From a virus: a stretch of 64,000 bases of DNA. Location: the IMG/VR virus record IMGVR_UViG_3300017960_000013; one strand, written 5' to 3'. Within the stretch, counting starts at the first letter, position 1; every line of letters begins with the position of its first letter. Below, in pieces: positions 1 to 10,449 of the stretch. Position numbers and translations under genes: made by a program. The notes under the pieces were generated by a model that ran no database searches, had not been told where the DNA came from, and worked only from the letters and a program-made list of their open reading frames with translations.

Positions 1-193
1 TTTTGATCTTTCCTGTTGTTGTTTTTTTGTATGTTATCATCATATATTTGCGCCCAGCAGCGCTTTCGCGGATGACCAGCCGTATGCTACGAAGACCTAC
101 CAACTCGCGGAAACGCCTTTTTCCGCGTCGTTGAACTCTCGACTTCGTCTTTTGCTTTTCAATAAAATCTCGTCGGTTTAACAACCGGCGCAT
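1..193 (-). CDS. hypothetical protein, runs off the window edge (partial)
   Basis: Hand-translated ATG at 193, open to position 1 (MRRLLNRRDFIEKQK...); not in the ORF track. Confidence 0.4.
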   Translation of the reverse strand, partial: MRRLLNRRDFIEKQKTKSRVQRRGKRRFRELVGLRSIRLVIRESAAGRKYMMITYKKTTTGKIK

Positions 194-204
194 ATCAAGA
201 GGCA

Positions 205-552
205 TTAGCTTTGATCCCTATCGCTGGCGGTTACAGGGTCATCAATACCGCTACTGAACGGTTCAATCAGAATCGGGTCAGTCTCTCCCCAATGCTCATT
301 ATAATCTAAGTCTGCTTGATTCCAAGTTGTAATCCTTTGAGCAGGATCATTGGACCACGAGTTACATTGGATTCCAAGATGCGTGTCGAGTTCCTCTCCA
401 GCTTTTCCAGTCCTGCTTGGGAACTGAGCGTTTCTATAAAACCAATAAAACGCCTGACAATACTTACGGTGGACGCACGACCCGCAACCTTGCCCCGGTT
501 CCCTGCGGACGGTTCCCATTGTTGGATACGGAAAGCTTAATGGATCAGACAT
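205..552 (-). CDS. hypothetical protein with a Cys cluster
   Basis: 115 aa, CGSCVHRKYC; co-oriented and abutting its neighbours. Confidence 0.6.
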   Translation of the reverse strand: MSDPLSFPYPTMGTVRREPGQGCGSCVHRKYCQAFYWFYRNAQFPSRTGKAGEELDTHLGIQCNSWSNDPAQRITTWNQADLDYNEHWGETDPILIEPFSSGIDDPVTASDRDQS

Positions 553-737
553 AATTTAGCCGTCTTTGGCAACTTGCCTTTTTTCTTCAAATCACTCCAC
601 ACTTCACCAACTAAGTCTGCATCTTCATACCGCAAAGACTTCATTAGCTTTTTAGTATCCCAGCCTCTCTTGTAACCATCAAGTATTTTTCTTTGCACAT
701 CTCGAACAGCAAGAAATGCAATTCTCTCAATGTTCAT
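537..737 (-). CDS. small hypothetical protein
   Basis: 66 aa, begins MNIERIAFLAV; translationally coupled to neighbours. Confidence 0.6.
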   Translation of the reverse strand: MNIERIAFLAVRDVQRKILDGYKRGWDTKKLMKSLRYEDADLVGEVWSDLKKKGKLPKTAKLCLIH

Positions 738-1009
738 TATTCTTCCCCAACAAAGACATCTAACGCTTCCAAAACATCGGCAACATAAGGGTTGATGGCA
801 GTTTCAAACAAATCCTTGATCTTTGCCTTTGCGTCTTCCTCTGCCTTACTCGCCGTTTCAACATTGGGCAATTGTTCTTCAATCGCTTTGATTGAAACCA
901 ACATCTTGTCAATTGCCTCATCAATCTGTGATAAGGCTGGGTTATCTTCTCCACCCGTTGGTTGAGCAATTCTTTCTGCCATATCTGCCATCCTTTTCAT
1001 ATCCATCAT
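737..1009 (-). CDS. small helical hypothetical protein
   Basis: 90 aa, begins MMDMKRMADMAERIAQ; overlaps the upstream stop codon. Confidence 0.65.
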   Translation of the reverse strand: MMDMKRMADMAERIAQPTGGEDNPALSQIDEAIDKMLVSIKAIEEQLPNVETASKAEEDAKAKIKDLFETAINPYVADVLEALDVFVGEE

Positions 1010-3312
1010 TCTGCTCCCATGAAACTCAATGCGACTTTCTCTGCCAGTTCTTGCGCTTTCAAGTCTTTGTCTTTATCAACGTCTTCATCCAAATCCGAAG
1101 GCTTTTTCTTTTTCTTGCTCCACGGTTTCTTCAAATCATAGCGAGGAGGCTTTTCTTTTGGTTCGCTTTTTTTGTACGACCCGCCACCCGTATCATCCAT
1201 CATGTCTTTATCTTTGCGCTTCAATTGCATCCCCTGCGTTGCTTCGCGGATACAAGCAATAACCAAAGAGTCTGGGTCTTCGTCAAATTCGCCACTTCCA
1301 CCTTCTGCTGGTTCTTCTGATGGTGGCGTTTCCTCTTCAGTCTCTTTTTCCTTTTCTACTTCTTCTTCCTCAGTTTCTTCTGGCGCTTCTGTCTTTTCTT
1401 CCGGCCCTTTCTTTTCTTGAAGTTTTTCCATCACACGCTTTGTAACTTTTTCCGCCAATTCTGGGCTGATCTTTTCTTCTTTTGGTTCAGCGTCCTGACC
1501 AAGAAAATAAGAAGCGATACGACTCACCATTGCGGCTGATGCTACTTTGCCCGTTGCATCGCTAAACAGACCTTGATAAAGTTCCCTGACAGAATCAATA
1601 TCTCTCAAGATTCTCTTTTTCTTTGTTCTGCTAATGTCCATTTCATTAAGTTCTTCTTTGAGCAATTTTTCGATTTCAGCAGGAGATTTCCCCATTGTCT
1701 TTGATATTGAATCCATCATCTTCTCGTGCTGTTTGCTTAGCGAAGGTGAAGGTTTCTTCATTACTTTTTCGATTGTTTTCTTTGGTGCTTCCTTCGACTT
1801 TTTCTTAAGCCCAAGGGCTTTTGCTACGTTTTCAGAAAATTTCCTTGCATCAACTTTTCCATCTTCATCAACCGCTTCTGTTTCCGCTTGATCAAGCTTA
1901 GCAAAATCACTCTTGGTCATTGAGCGTTTTTTCTTCTCCCAATCTCCGCTATATCCAATTCCTTTAAACATTCTCGAAAGGAATCCAGACATTGGTCGCG
2001 CTTTGAATTCTCTATCGATTTGTTTTATGTCCAACGGTTTTTCTTCAGGTTCTTTTTCCTCTTCTTTTTCTAACTTTGGTTCTTCTGGGACAACTTCCTC
2101 TTTCTCCTCTTCCAATTTTGGTTCTTCTGGAACAACCTTTTTCTCTTCTTCTTTCTTTACCTCTTCTTTTGGTTCTGGAGTAACTTCTTTCTTCTCAGGT
2201 TCAAGCTCCGCTTCCTGTTCCTTTTCTGGTTCTTTTTCTATAGGCTTTTCCAAATCGACGTTAAGTCTATCTGCAACATCCTTTATCGTTTGTATGTTTT
2301 TCTCTTTGTCTTCGCCTTCTGGAACTGACTTCAAAACGTTCAGCAACGACTGCTTTACTTCCTCTTTATCCTTCTTTGGTTCTTCCGCAGGAGCTTCTTT
2401 TTTTGCAGAAGGTGCACGCATCAAGTCGCCTTCCTTTGCGCGATTTGACATGCGATCTTGTACCGACTTTGGCAAATCTCCGAAACGATAATGCTTGCCT
2501 GTTTTTGTACTGACAACAACTGTATCTTCTGATACTACGGTTTCTGGTTCATCGGTTGCGGCGATTTCTGTAAAACCCCGTCCCTTCATTTGCTCCTTGT
2601 TCTTTGAATCGAGCGGGTTGTCCTTGTCAAACCATTTTGGAATAGGTTTGTCCAACGCCTTTGGCGTTGTTTTTTCCTCTTCTGGTTTTTTAGCCTCTGG
2701 TTCTTCTTTCTTTGGCGATTTTTCTTTTGGCATTTCTCCGGGTCTATTTTCTTGATAACGCACATCACCCGTGCTTTCGTCTTTCCAGCCGGGCAACCCT
2801 TCTTTGTTTTTCGTATTAGTCTTCTTCCAGCCTGCAACAAATGATTTTGCAATGCGAATATATTCATCAGCAATAGCTTTTGCTGAAGCTTGTTTTTCCT
2901 TCCGCTTACGCGGCGGTTTTGTCCGCAAAAGCGTCATCACCATATCAACAACGTTTTCCATCAATCGAAGCTGTTTGTCTTCTTTTGATTTCAGCTCTTC
3001 AATTGCGGCCTTAATTTCATCAATTTCATTGACGCTTTCACCTTTGGATTCCTGAACCACTTCCTCTTGATTCTGTTCCTCTGGTGATAGTGTTTCATCC
3101 TTCTGAGGATGGCCTGAATCAAAAAGCTTTTTGAACTTTTGAATATACTCATCAAGATTTTCTTCAGTGACTTTTGCATCCCAATCAATAGTATCGTCAT
3201 CAGCCGCAATGACAAGATTGTTCATATCATATCTGTCAAAGACTTGTTCGATCACAGCTTGTTTATCGAACGCTTTGGTTTCAATCATTGCAAGCTTTAT
3301 TAGAGCATTCAT
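1006..3312 (-). CDS. large Glu/Lys-rich low-complexity protein (head-associated or scaffold candidate)
   Basis: 768 aa, EEEK/PEEPK repeats, directly downstream of the portal candidate; function inferred from position only. Confidence 0.6.
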   Translation of the reverse strand: MNALIKLAMIETKAFDKQAVIEQVFDRYDMNNLVIAADDDTIDWDAKVTEENLDEYIQKFKKLFDSGHPQKDETLSPEEQNQEEVVQESKGESVNEIDEIKAAIEELKSKEDKQLRLMENVVDMVMTLLRTKPPRKRKEKQASAKAIADEYIRIAKSFVAGWKKTNTKNKEGLPGWKDESTGDVRYQENRPGEMPKEKSPKKEEPEAKKPEEEKTTPKALDKPIPKWFDKDNPLDSKNKEQMKGRGFTEIAATDEPETVVSEDTVVVSTKTGKHYRFGDLPKSVQDRMSNRAKEGDLMRAPSAKKEAPAEEPKKDKEEVKQSLLNVLKSVPEGEDKEKNIQTIKDVADRLNVDLEKPIEKEPEKEQEAELEPEKKEVTPEPKEEVKKEEEKKVVPEEPKLEEEKEEVVPEEPKLEKEEEKEPEEKPLDIKQIDREFKARPMSGFLSRMFKGIGYSGDWEKKKRSMTKSDFAKLDQAETEAVDEDGKVDARKFSENVAKALGLKKKSKEAPKKTIEKVMKKPSPSLSKQHEKMMDSISKTMGKSPAEIEKLLKEELNEMDISRTKKKRILRDIDSVRELYQGLFSDATGKVASAAMVSRIASYFLGQDAEPKEEKISPELAEKVTKRVMEKLQEKKGPEEKTEAPEETEEEEVEKEKETEEETPPSEEPAEGGSGEFDEDPDSLVIACIREATQGMQLKRKDKDMMDDTGGGSYKKSEPKEKPPRYDLKKPWSKKKKKPSDLDEDVDKDKDLKAQELAEKVALSFMGAE

Positions 3313-5273
3313 TTTTTCTCACTCGCAGCTAAGCTAAGGTCACTAACGACTTCCTTGACTTCTTCCTCGGTTGAATCTGCTGGCATTTCTTCAGCAACAG
3401 CGTCAGCCGTCTCTTCGACGATTTGATCCTCTTCTGAACCTTCTCCGCCAGCGCCAAACTCTTCACCAAACGCTTCGCCACCCATTCCACCCGCGCCTTC
3501 TTCCTGCGGCGGTTTAACTTTGAGTCCAAGATACTTTCCAACCTTTTCAACAATGTCAGAACGCTCAGCAAGCTGACGTCCAACTTCATCATTAACGTTC
3601 TCAATCGTCCGATTGAACGTCGGGTCTTTAACGGTAAACAGTTCCCGTTTAATCTGATCATTGATCGTATCGCTGTCCAAATTGTAAAGTTCAAACAATA
3701 CCTCAATCGGCAACGAACCCTTTTGATACAACTGAAACAGATTCTCAAAGACTTCCTGATTGTCCCGAATGCTGAGACGATTGAAACTCAAACGCGGATA
3801 CCAATATTTCCGAATTCCATTTTTGTCTTCTGAATACCATCCCTTCTTATCGGCAACAGGTTTGAACAATTGCTTCTCGACGTACTCTTGAAGCGTTTCG
3901 CGGACAAGCATGAAAACCGTATTCAAAATTTCAACTGTAATCCGGTTGCCGCTGTAAGTTCCCTCGCCCGTCAAAAGTTCTCGCGTTACGCCCAGCCCAG
4001 CAAACACTTGATTCTCGATGTTTTCATATTCGCCAGACAAATCAAGCAGCCGCGATTCTGCCCCCATCATTTCCCACTCCCAATCATAGTTAGTTACAAC
4101 GCTATAATCGGGGTCCATGTAAGACAAGTCAATTTGTTCGCGCAGTTCATTGATCTCGTCATTATTCAAATTGGGCGCACTGATCTTATTTTTCGGCGTC
4201 ATGTTGCGCGTTGCCAAAGCAAGTTGCGTATAGCGGTAATTCTCTTTCTGGAGCATTGGAACCAATACACGCTCCAGCACCGATGCTCCCAAGTCCATAT
4301 AAGGACTTTTGCGTCGCGCAAAATGATTAGTGAAGGACCCGACCTCTCCGCCAGCATAAGGGTCGCTATCCATTACGATACAATCTTGATTGGTGACCAT
4401 ATCAACTACATCTTCAGGAATGTGCTCCATAATCTGTTTTAAGAATTCGTTGCCCTCAAGAGCCTCTGGCATTTCTCTGGACTTCTTGATAATCTCCATT
4501 AGCTTTTCAGGACGATATTCAATACGCGCATTATCGCTGAATGGATATGTGAAACAATTGATTTCTTCTGGCGGAAGCAAAACAATCTTGCTCCACATGT
4601 CGCGTTTTTCATCCCATTCGTGAAACGCAAACACATTACCAATCATGTTGTATTCCCAAAGGATTTCTTGAAGCCTTTGGAACAAGTTAATGCGTTCGCA
4701 CATATAGGTATAAAAAGAATGAATCTCTTCTCTCAAATTTGGGTCTTTGAGCTTTGGAACGGTCAAAGAAAGCTTGCTCATCGGCAAGTCGGAGAGCAAT
4801 TCCAAAGCACGGCCAACGTATGCATCTGTTCTTGCAAAATATCTGTACCACTCATACTTCTCGCGCAAGCTTACGGGCCAATACAGTACACCGCCGTTCT
4901 GCTGATTCATCATGATGAAATACGTTGGGATATCTCGTACTCCACCACCATACATTGTGTTGCCGCTTGCGTAACTCGTATGATAGGCATCCAACGACAA
5001 GCTGCCCCAAATGCCGCCTGACATGGATGTCGTATCCATCATCATTCCGGCTTCGCGTCCACGTCCAGCCATTGCGCTTGTTGCAATTTTCGCAACACGG
5101 GCTTTCTTTTCCATTCTCGCAACGGCTCTGGCTTTTGCCTTGTCCACTGGGCCTTTACTAAGACCGGGAGAAGGCAAACCAAATCTCACAGCGTCTTTAG
5201 TTTTACTCGCCGTCCGTTTACGCGTTGCTTTCTTTTTTGTCGATGCTTTTTTCTTTGCCATAATTGTCTCCAA
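3309..5273 (-). CDS. probable portal protein
   Basis: 654 aa, two genes from TerL; helical core with basic N-terminal and acidic C-terminal tails; size and position fit a portal; likely start MAKKK at ~5261. Confidence 0.75.
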   Translation of the reverse strand: METIMAKKKASTKKKATRKRTASKTKDAVRFGLPSPGLSKGPVDKAKARAVARMEKKARVAKIATSAMAGRGREAGMMMDTTSMSGGIWGSLSLDAYHTSYASGNTMYGGGVRDIPTYFIMMNQQNGGVLYWPVSLREKYEWYRYFARTDAYVGRALELLSDLPMSKLSLTVPKLKDPNLREEIHSFYTYMCERINLFQRLQEILWEYNMIGNVFAFHEWDEKRDMWSKIVLLPPEEINCFTYPFSDNARIEYRPEKLMEIIKKSREMPEALEGNEFLKQIMEHIPEDVVDMVTNQDCIVMDSDPYAGGEVGSFTNHFARRKSPYMDLGASVLERVLVPMLQKENYRYTQLALATRNMTPKNKISAPNLNNDEINELREQIDLSYMDPDYSVVTNYDWEWEMMGAESRLLDLSGEYENIENQVFAGLGVTRELLTGEGTYSGNRITVEILNTVFMLVRETLQEYVEKQLFKPVADKKGWYSEDKNGIRKYWYPRLSFNRLSIRDNQEVFENLFQLYQKGSLPIEVLFELYNLDSDTINDQIKRELFTVKDPTFNRTIENVNDEVGRQLAERSDIVEKVGKYLGLKVKPPQEEGAGGMGGEAFGEEFGAGGEGSEEDQIVEETADAVAEEMPADSTEEEVKEVVSDLSLAASEKK

Positions 5274-5296
5274 GAGATTCTATATTTTCATGCAGA

Positions 5297-5833
5297 CTAT
5301 TCCGCACGTTTGGCACTTATTTTTGAAGTTGTCAAACCACGATGCGCTGCTAACAAAATCCTTTTTATCCTTACGGCCTTGGTTCGTGACGCGCCAATCA
5401 AATCTTTGCAGTTGTTATCCAAAACCTTTCCAAACCGCTCAATATTCATCGCTAAATCATCAATCCCTTTGTTCAATTCTGCCGCAGCTTTCTTGTGTTT
5501 TACAAAAGCTTCACGTTGCTGCGCTTCTCTCTCTTTTGCTTGTTTATCTGCGCTTTTTGCTTTTCTGGCTTTTCTTCTCTTCGTTGTTTCTTTTTGCTCT
5601 TTCTCTTCTTCTGATCGTTTTTCAAAACGCTTTTTTGCTTCTTCAACCATCAAGCGCATTGGATGACCCGGAGGCAAATCATCAAGTTCTGAATGCTTGC
5701 CTTCTCTTTTTGCTCTCTCCTTTTCGATCTTTTCTTTGTCGTCCAGTTCCTTTGCAGCAGAAATAACACGCGACAAATTTCCACTTTTCAAATTTGCATG
5801 CTTGCTCATAATTTCACTCCTTGTGAGTGTCAA
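5297..5833 (-). CDS. coiled-coil hypothetical protein between terminase and portal
   Basis: 178 aa, charged and helical; overlaps the TerL stop. Confidence 0.65.
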   Translation of the reverse strand: MTLTRSEIMSKHANLKSGNLSRVISAAKELDDKEKIEKERAKREGKHSELDDLPPGHPMRLMVEEAKKRFEKRSEEEKEQKETTKRRKARKAKSADKQAKEREAQQREAFVKHKKAAAELNKGIDDLAMNIERFGKVLDNNCKDLIGASRTKAVRIKRILLAAHRGLTTSKISAKRAE

Positions 5834-7644
5834 CGATATCGCGTCCTAACTTTAGGAATTTTCCGCGTAGTAACAGTACCATGTACTTTTTCTCTGCCCA
5901 TACGAAAACGATTCATTGTTGACGTTTGCACAGCTGAGATGTTTGTTGTTCGACCAAGCACAATATTATTACCTTGCTGTTTGAAAGCACTGTACGCTTC
6001 CCAAATAGCACGGGAAACTGCATCTGAAATATCATCATGTGCTCCGCGTTTGTTTGGAGCACGTACTTGAATTTTCTTTTTGGACTTTCGTTCTGCTTCC
6101 AAAAACAAAACTTCACTGGTCATAAGGTCGTCATCGTAAACTTCAAAAAGACCATCGATGTACAAGCTTTTCCAAAGCTCATAAATCTGATCATTCAATT
6201 GATCAGTCACCTGCTTCATGTAGAACTGTTTCAACCCAGCATTGTGAAGCTGTTCAAGTAATCCAAACCCTTCGTGCTGGTCAAACCATCCACTCTTGAT
6301 TGGAAACCATCGATTGAGCCGGACAACTTCTTCTACGATTTTAGCTACTGGAATAATGTCTACATTTGCAAACCGGCGGCAATCTTTATAAATTGTCTTT
6401 TCAACTTCCCAAACATCTGATGATTTTGAATACCAAACATTGGCCCAGTCAACAACAATCTTTTTGCTTTTTACATCCTTATGAGCAATAGCAATTCCAG
6501 TTCCATCATTCTTCAATCCAAGGTCAATACCCATGAAGTAGCTAACGCCTGTTTCGCCTTTTTCTGGACGTACTTTTCCGGGAACCACACAAGCTCTGTA
6601 CTGGTCTTCATCCTCGACCCATGATGTCACTTTGTCGCTGAATTTTGCTTCATATTCTGTGGTGAATCCAATCTTGTCTCGTTTGCGCTCTGCCCTAAGC
6701 AAAGACGAATCAACCGTTGGGTTCATCATCGCGCTGTACATTTGGAACATAATAGTGTGAACGGGGTCGTGCACGCTATCGTTATACAAATCCCAAAATG
6801 CACCGTACTTTGCGTAAGGAGAACTGATACAGACCACTTTGCCATCGCCTTTGAAAGAAGCTGTCGACGGCTTCAAAGCTTTATAAACTTCACTGCCTGA
6901 AAAGCGTCCTTGGTTGTCAATAAAGAACGCCATTTCATCCATGATGATTACAATGTTGTTTCTACCGCGCAAACTATTTGACGAACATCCACCCGCCAGA
7001 CAAGTTAGACTTGCATGTTTCCGTTTTGAAAAGCCTGACTTGTCTGCGTCTGTTTGAAGATTGAAATACGTCAACGTCTGGTTAACTGAACGGTCTCTCA
7101 AGAACGGACAATTCAAAGCCTGCTTTTGAACCATGTCAAAAACGATTCCGGCTTGATCATCCGTTGGCGCAACGTTGGTAACGCAAATATTTGTCCCAGA
7201 TGGGAAGTCATAATAAATAGACGGGTCGCCCCGTTTTACAAGCTTGTAAAGTTCATAGCAAGAAATGCAAGAAGCCAATGAAGACTTTCCACCGCGTCTT
7301 CCAACTACCAAAATCAGTTCTGTAAATTTCTTTCCAGCAACCGTGTTAGTATTGCACATTCCTTCTTCATAAAGAAAATTCAAGAACTCTGTTTCGGTAA
7401 AAGTAAAAAGGATTTTGTCGTTGATGGTGTCTGGAACTTCAATGATCCGGTTCTTATCGTCCAATGGAACACCATAATAAGCTTTCAAGACAAAACGCTG
7501 AGCCGGATATAAACGAAAATTCAACCCCCACGGGGATTCAACAAACGTTATTATATCAACGACGTCAGTTGTGTTGCCAGAAAGGAATTCATCAGTCAGG
7601 CTATCGAAAATATTAGCGTTTTTACGCTTCTTATAACGGGCCAT
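5830..7644 (-). CDS. terL: terminase large subunit
   Basis: Walker A VGRRGGKS, Walker B IIMDEM, motif III ISSP, RNase H-like GIDLG...D and HDDISDA. Confidence 0.95.
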   Translation of the reverse strand: MARYKKRKNANIFDSLTDEFLSGNTTDVVDIITFVESPWGLNFRLYPAQRFVLKAYYGVPLDDKNRIIEVPDTINDKILFTFTETEFLNFLYEEGMCNTNTVAGKKFTELILVVGRRGGKSSLASCISCYELYKLVKRGDPSIYYDFPSGTNICVTNVAPTDDQAGIVFDMVQKQALNCPFLRDRSVNQTLTYFNLQTDADKSGFSKRKHASLTCLAGGCSSNSLRGRNNIVIIMDEMAFFIDNQGRFSGSEVYKALKPSTASFKGDGKVVCISSPYAKYGAFWDLYNDSVHDPVHTIMFQMYSAMMNPTVDSSLLRAERKRDKIGFTTEYEAKFSDKVTSWVEDEDQYRACVVPGKVRPEKGETGVSYFMGIDLGLKNDGTGIAIAHKDVKSKKIVVDWANVWYSKSSDVWEVEKTIYKDCRRFANVDIIPVAKIVEEVVRLNRWFPIKSGWFDQHEGFGLLEQLHNAGLKQFYMKQVTDQLNDQIYELWKSLYIDGLFEVYDDDLMTSEVLFLEAERKSKKKIQVRAPNKRGAHDDISDAVSRAIWEAYSAFKQQGNNIVLGRTTNISAVQTSTMNRFRMGREKVHGTVTTRKIPKVRTRYR

Positions 7645-7645
7645 A

Positions 7646-8245
7646 TCAGCCTAACACTTCCATATCTTCAATTTCGGCCTTTAGTTCTTTGTCCCAAACA
7701 TTCATAGAATCGCGAAGCGTGCGGAAAAACGTATCAGCTACTTCATCAGTATATTGCAAATAAGCAAACGTTTCTTTCACCTTCTTCATAAAGAACTTGA
7801 ACACAACTCGCATCGCTGGGCTATCTACATCAATACCATGCTCTCGGTCAAATGCCATTTTGGTTTGAGCTGCTTTGATTGCCTTTTCCAAAACTTCCGC
7901 ACGCTTCGCCGAAATGACTGAAGAATCTCTCAATGCCCCTTGCTCCCCGGCAAGAAGCTCATTACCCAAAAGATGATCGCCTTCTTTGATGATCTCATCG
8001 ACAAGAGCAAGAATCAAAGACTCCATGTTGTTCTTGCCCTGCTTCCCAAGTTTGTCCGCAAGCCCTTCGGAACCACCATGATACTGCTTAATCAGTTCCG
8101 CACGGTGTTCCATCATCGTCGTAGGATGAGCAGCGAGGCCAACGCCATTCCCACCGTTTCCGCCATTCCCACCTGCATCGACTACCTTCGCTGGAACTTG
8201 CGTAGCGCCTGAGTCTTGATCGGCTTGATCAAATTCGTCTTCCAT
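7646..8245 (-). CDS. hypothetical protein, possible terminase small subunit
   Basis: 199 aa, helical, immediately upstream of terL; assignment is positional only. Confidence 0.45.
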   Translation of the reverse strand: MEDEFDQADQDSGATQVPAKVVDAGGNGGNGGNGVGLAAHPTTMMEHRAELIKQYHGGSEGLADKLGKQGKNNMESLILALVDEIIKEGDHLLGNELLAGEQGALRDSSVISAKRAEVLEKAIKAAQTKMAFDREHGIDVDSPAMRVVFKFFMKKVKETFAYLQYTDEVADTFFRTLRDSMNVWDKELKAEIEDMEVLG

Positions 8246-8247
8246 GA

Positions 8248-9501
8248 TTACACCTTACCAATATCAAAGTTTGCGTCACCCAGTTCAAAATCCAAGTCCT
8301 GCGGCTTTTTGATCTTGTCCAAATCAATCTTATCGGTCCCTTCAAATTCTTTTGCCAGATGCTGCGAAGGGTCTATTTCGTCAAGTATTGCAGAATTAGA
8401 CAACTCAATTTCCAATTGAGGAACAAACTCGTTTACCTCTTGTGCTGCCTTTTGCACGATAGGTTCGTCAACATCAAACAATCCCAGCGTTGGAACATGT
8501 TCCATTTCTTCAACTTGCTGATCTGTCGATTCCAACGTCATTTTCGCCTCAAAAGGACTGCGCTTATCAGTAAGTTGAACTCCCTTCAATTCAGGTTTTG
8601 GATCGTTTCCAAACTGAACATCCATTTCAGAACGTTCCATCGTATAATCTTTTGCGTGATCTTTTGCTTTCAAGCTTGAAAACTGTTTTTCCTTTTGCGC
8701 TTTGACCCGGTTTTCAACTGCGCGCTGAAAAGCTTTTTTCAGCCTTTTGATCGGCGTCCCTTCCTGTGCTTTGATTTCTTCTGCTTCATCTTCGCTCAAA
8801 TAACCAGCATTGGAAAGATCGACCACAGAATCTCCAAGATAGTCTTCGTCAATCAATTCTTCATGAGGACCGGCAGCGAGCAAGACGGGCATATTCAATG
8901 GCTTGTAAACTATTTGGATTTCTGTCGTTTCATCTTTGCTGCTGAGCAGATCATCAATTGAGCCTTTTTTCATTGTCGTGTTCGTGGAGAAACGGCGTTC
9001 AACATGACTTGATCCTGAAACCTGTTCCGGCGTCATCAGAACAAACTTGATGAACTTCTTGAATGGAGACGTTGAAGCAGCCTTGATTCTATTCACATGA
9101 AGCTTTTCATCCCCGCGCAAATCAACAGCAACACACCCAATGATTCCTTCAAAATCCAAAAGCTGTCTTAATTCAGGAACGACATTCGCAATTGTCTCTT
9201 CCAAGAATCTGGAGCGCAATTGAAACAACAATGCTTTTCCCATGATACCCTGATTCATCAAAACACGCGCTGCTTCAACGCACGCTTCTGCGCTACGCCA
9301 AGGCAACTCAATATCCATCTCATCCTTGATAGTCGTTGGAGGACGCTTGTCGGCAGGAATATACACCGAGCTATTCCACTCGATCTCAAGATCGTCTTTC
9401 TTGTCTATGTCCTTGCCACCCTTCGGACGATACGTCTCTGGGTCGTTCAACCATTTTAGATTGGTCAGTGAAACATCTTCCATCGATGATCTGAGGTCCA
9501 T
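8248..9501 (-). CDS. hypothetical acidic protein (head-module candidate)
   Basis: Long ORF; likely start MDLRSS at 9501, behind GGAG. Confidence 0.6.
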   Translation of the reverse strand: MDLRSSMEDVSLTNLKWLNDPETYRPKGGKDIDKKDDLEIEWNSSVYIPADKRPPTTIKDEMDIELPWRSAEACVEAARVLMNQGIMGKALLFQLRSRFLEETIANVVPELRQLLDFEGIIGCVAVDLRGDEKLHVNRIKAASTSPFKKFIKFVLMTPEQVSGSSHVERRFSTNTTMKKGSIDDLLSSKDETTEIQIVYKPLNMPVLLAAGPHEELIDEDYLGDSVVDLSNAGYLSEDEAEEIKAQEGTPIKRLKKAFQRAVENRVKAQKEKQFSSLKAKDHAKDYTMERSEMDVQFGNDPKPELKGVQLTDKRSPFEAKMTLESTDQQVEEMEHVPTLGLFDVDEPIVQKAAQEVNEFVPQLEIELSNSAILDEIDPSQHLAKEFEGTDKIDLDKIKKPQDLDFELGDANFDIGKV

Positions 9502-9551
9502 TTTACTTCTCCTAAGAGATTTTCTTGAGTGCCGACAAAAACAATTCCAAC

Positions 9552-9806
9552 TCATCCACCGTTCAACTCATCTTCCGTAAGTACGTCGGTATCGAAAATG
9601 GGTTCGATATGCTGACCATCTTCACTAACGCGCCAAAGCGCCTGCGTTGTCCGATGAATCAAAAGCTTGCTATCGTCTGTTGAGATAAACATATTGCGAG
9701 CATTCTTTGTGTTTGGCACTCTGGTATAAAATCGTTTATGACCATCAACGCTTTGATCGATTCCAATTGCGCTGTGCCAAACGAAGTCATCGAAAAAGTC
9801 TCTCAT
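9552..9806 (-). CDS. small hypothetical protein
   Basis: 84 aa with a GGAGG-like RBS upstream. Confidence 0.6.
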   Translation of the reverse strand: MRDFFDDFVWHSAIGIDQSVDGHKRFYTRVPNTKNARNMFISTDDSKLLIHRTTQALWRVSEDGQHIEPIFDTDVLTEDELNGG

Positions 9807-9873
9807 GAGTACGTTCCCTCCGCTAAGTCAGAACCACAGCCTGTCTATATAACCTTAAAATATAAAAAAATTT

Positions 9874-10449
9874 TTACGATTTCCAGACCGTGTGATCTTT
9901 GTAGACACGCTTGACCTTGTTCTTGTTACGTCGAACTGCGGAAAAAATCTCGTATGCTTCCCAGTGTTTCAGCCTTCTCATTCGTCGCAATGCTTTGTCA
10001 AATAAGCCTCTTACAAAGATTTGCGACAGACCAAGAACCCTTGCGGTCAAGGTAAAGGAAGTGGTGTAATACATCAAAACAAGAATTTCTATTGTTTGAG
10101 GATCATACTTGCGATTTCTTTGCTCAATGAAGTTTGTGAAAATATCGAAGGCTTGTCTCAAATATGCGATGAATTGAATCCGTTCTCTGATACGACGTAT
10201 ATCATAGCAAAGCGATGGTTGACTTCGCTTTAGGACTCTCTGTACTTCCTTCTGCTTCTTTTTTGAAACGAAAATGAGATACAAAATGTCCCTGTCTTTA
10301 TCGTTCAAAAGATTAAAAATCGAGCGATTACTTGTAATTTCATCGATGTCAAAATGAAAACTTCTGCTTGAACGAACCTTTCTCGGTTGCTCAATGTAGT
10401 CGCTAACGTATTTTATTCGCACAGATTTTTCTCCTATCTCCAATATCAA
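9874..10449 (-). CDS. sigma70 region 4-like HTH transcription regulator
   Basis: LNDKDRDILYLIF..KKQKEVQRVLKRSQPSLCYDIRRIRERI matches the sigma-4 HTH pattern; a second HTH-like segment follows. Confidence 0.6.
   Translation of the reverse strand: MILEIGEKSVRIKYVSDYIEQPRKVRSSRSFHFDIDEITSNRSIFNLLNDKDRDILYLIFVSKKKQKEVQRVLKRSQPSLCYDIRRIRERIQFIAYLRQAFDIFTNFIEQRNRKYDPQTIEILVLMYYTTSFTLTARVLGLSQIFVRGLFDKALRRMRRLKHWEAYEIFSAVRRNKNKVKRVYKDHTVWKS

Noticed and set aside
5830-7644. Intein or intron in terminase or portal
   Set aside because: Motif spacing and lengths are normal; no splicing or homing-endonuclease motifs were seen.
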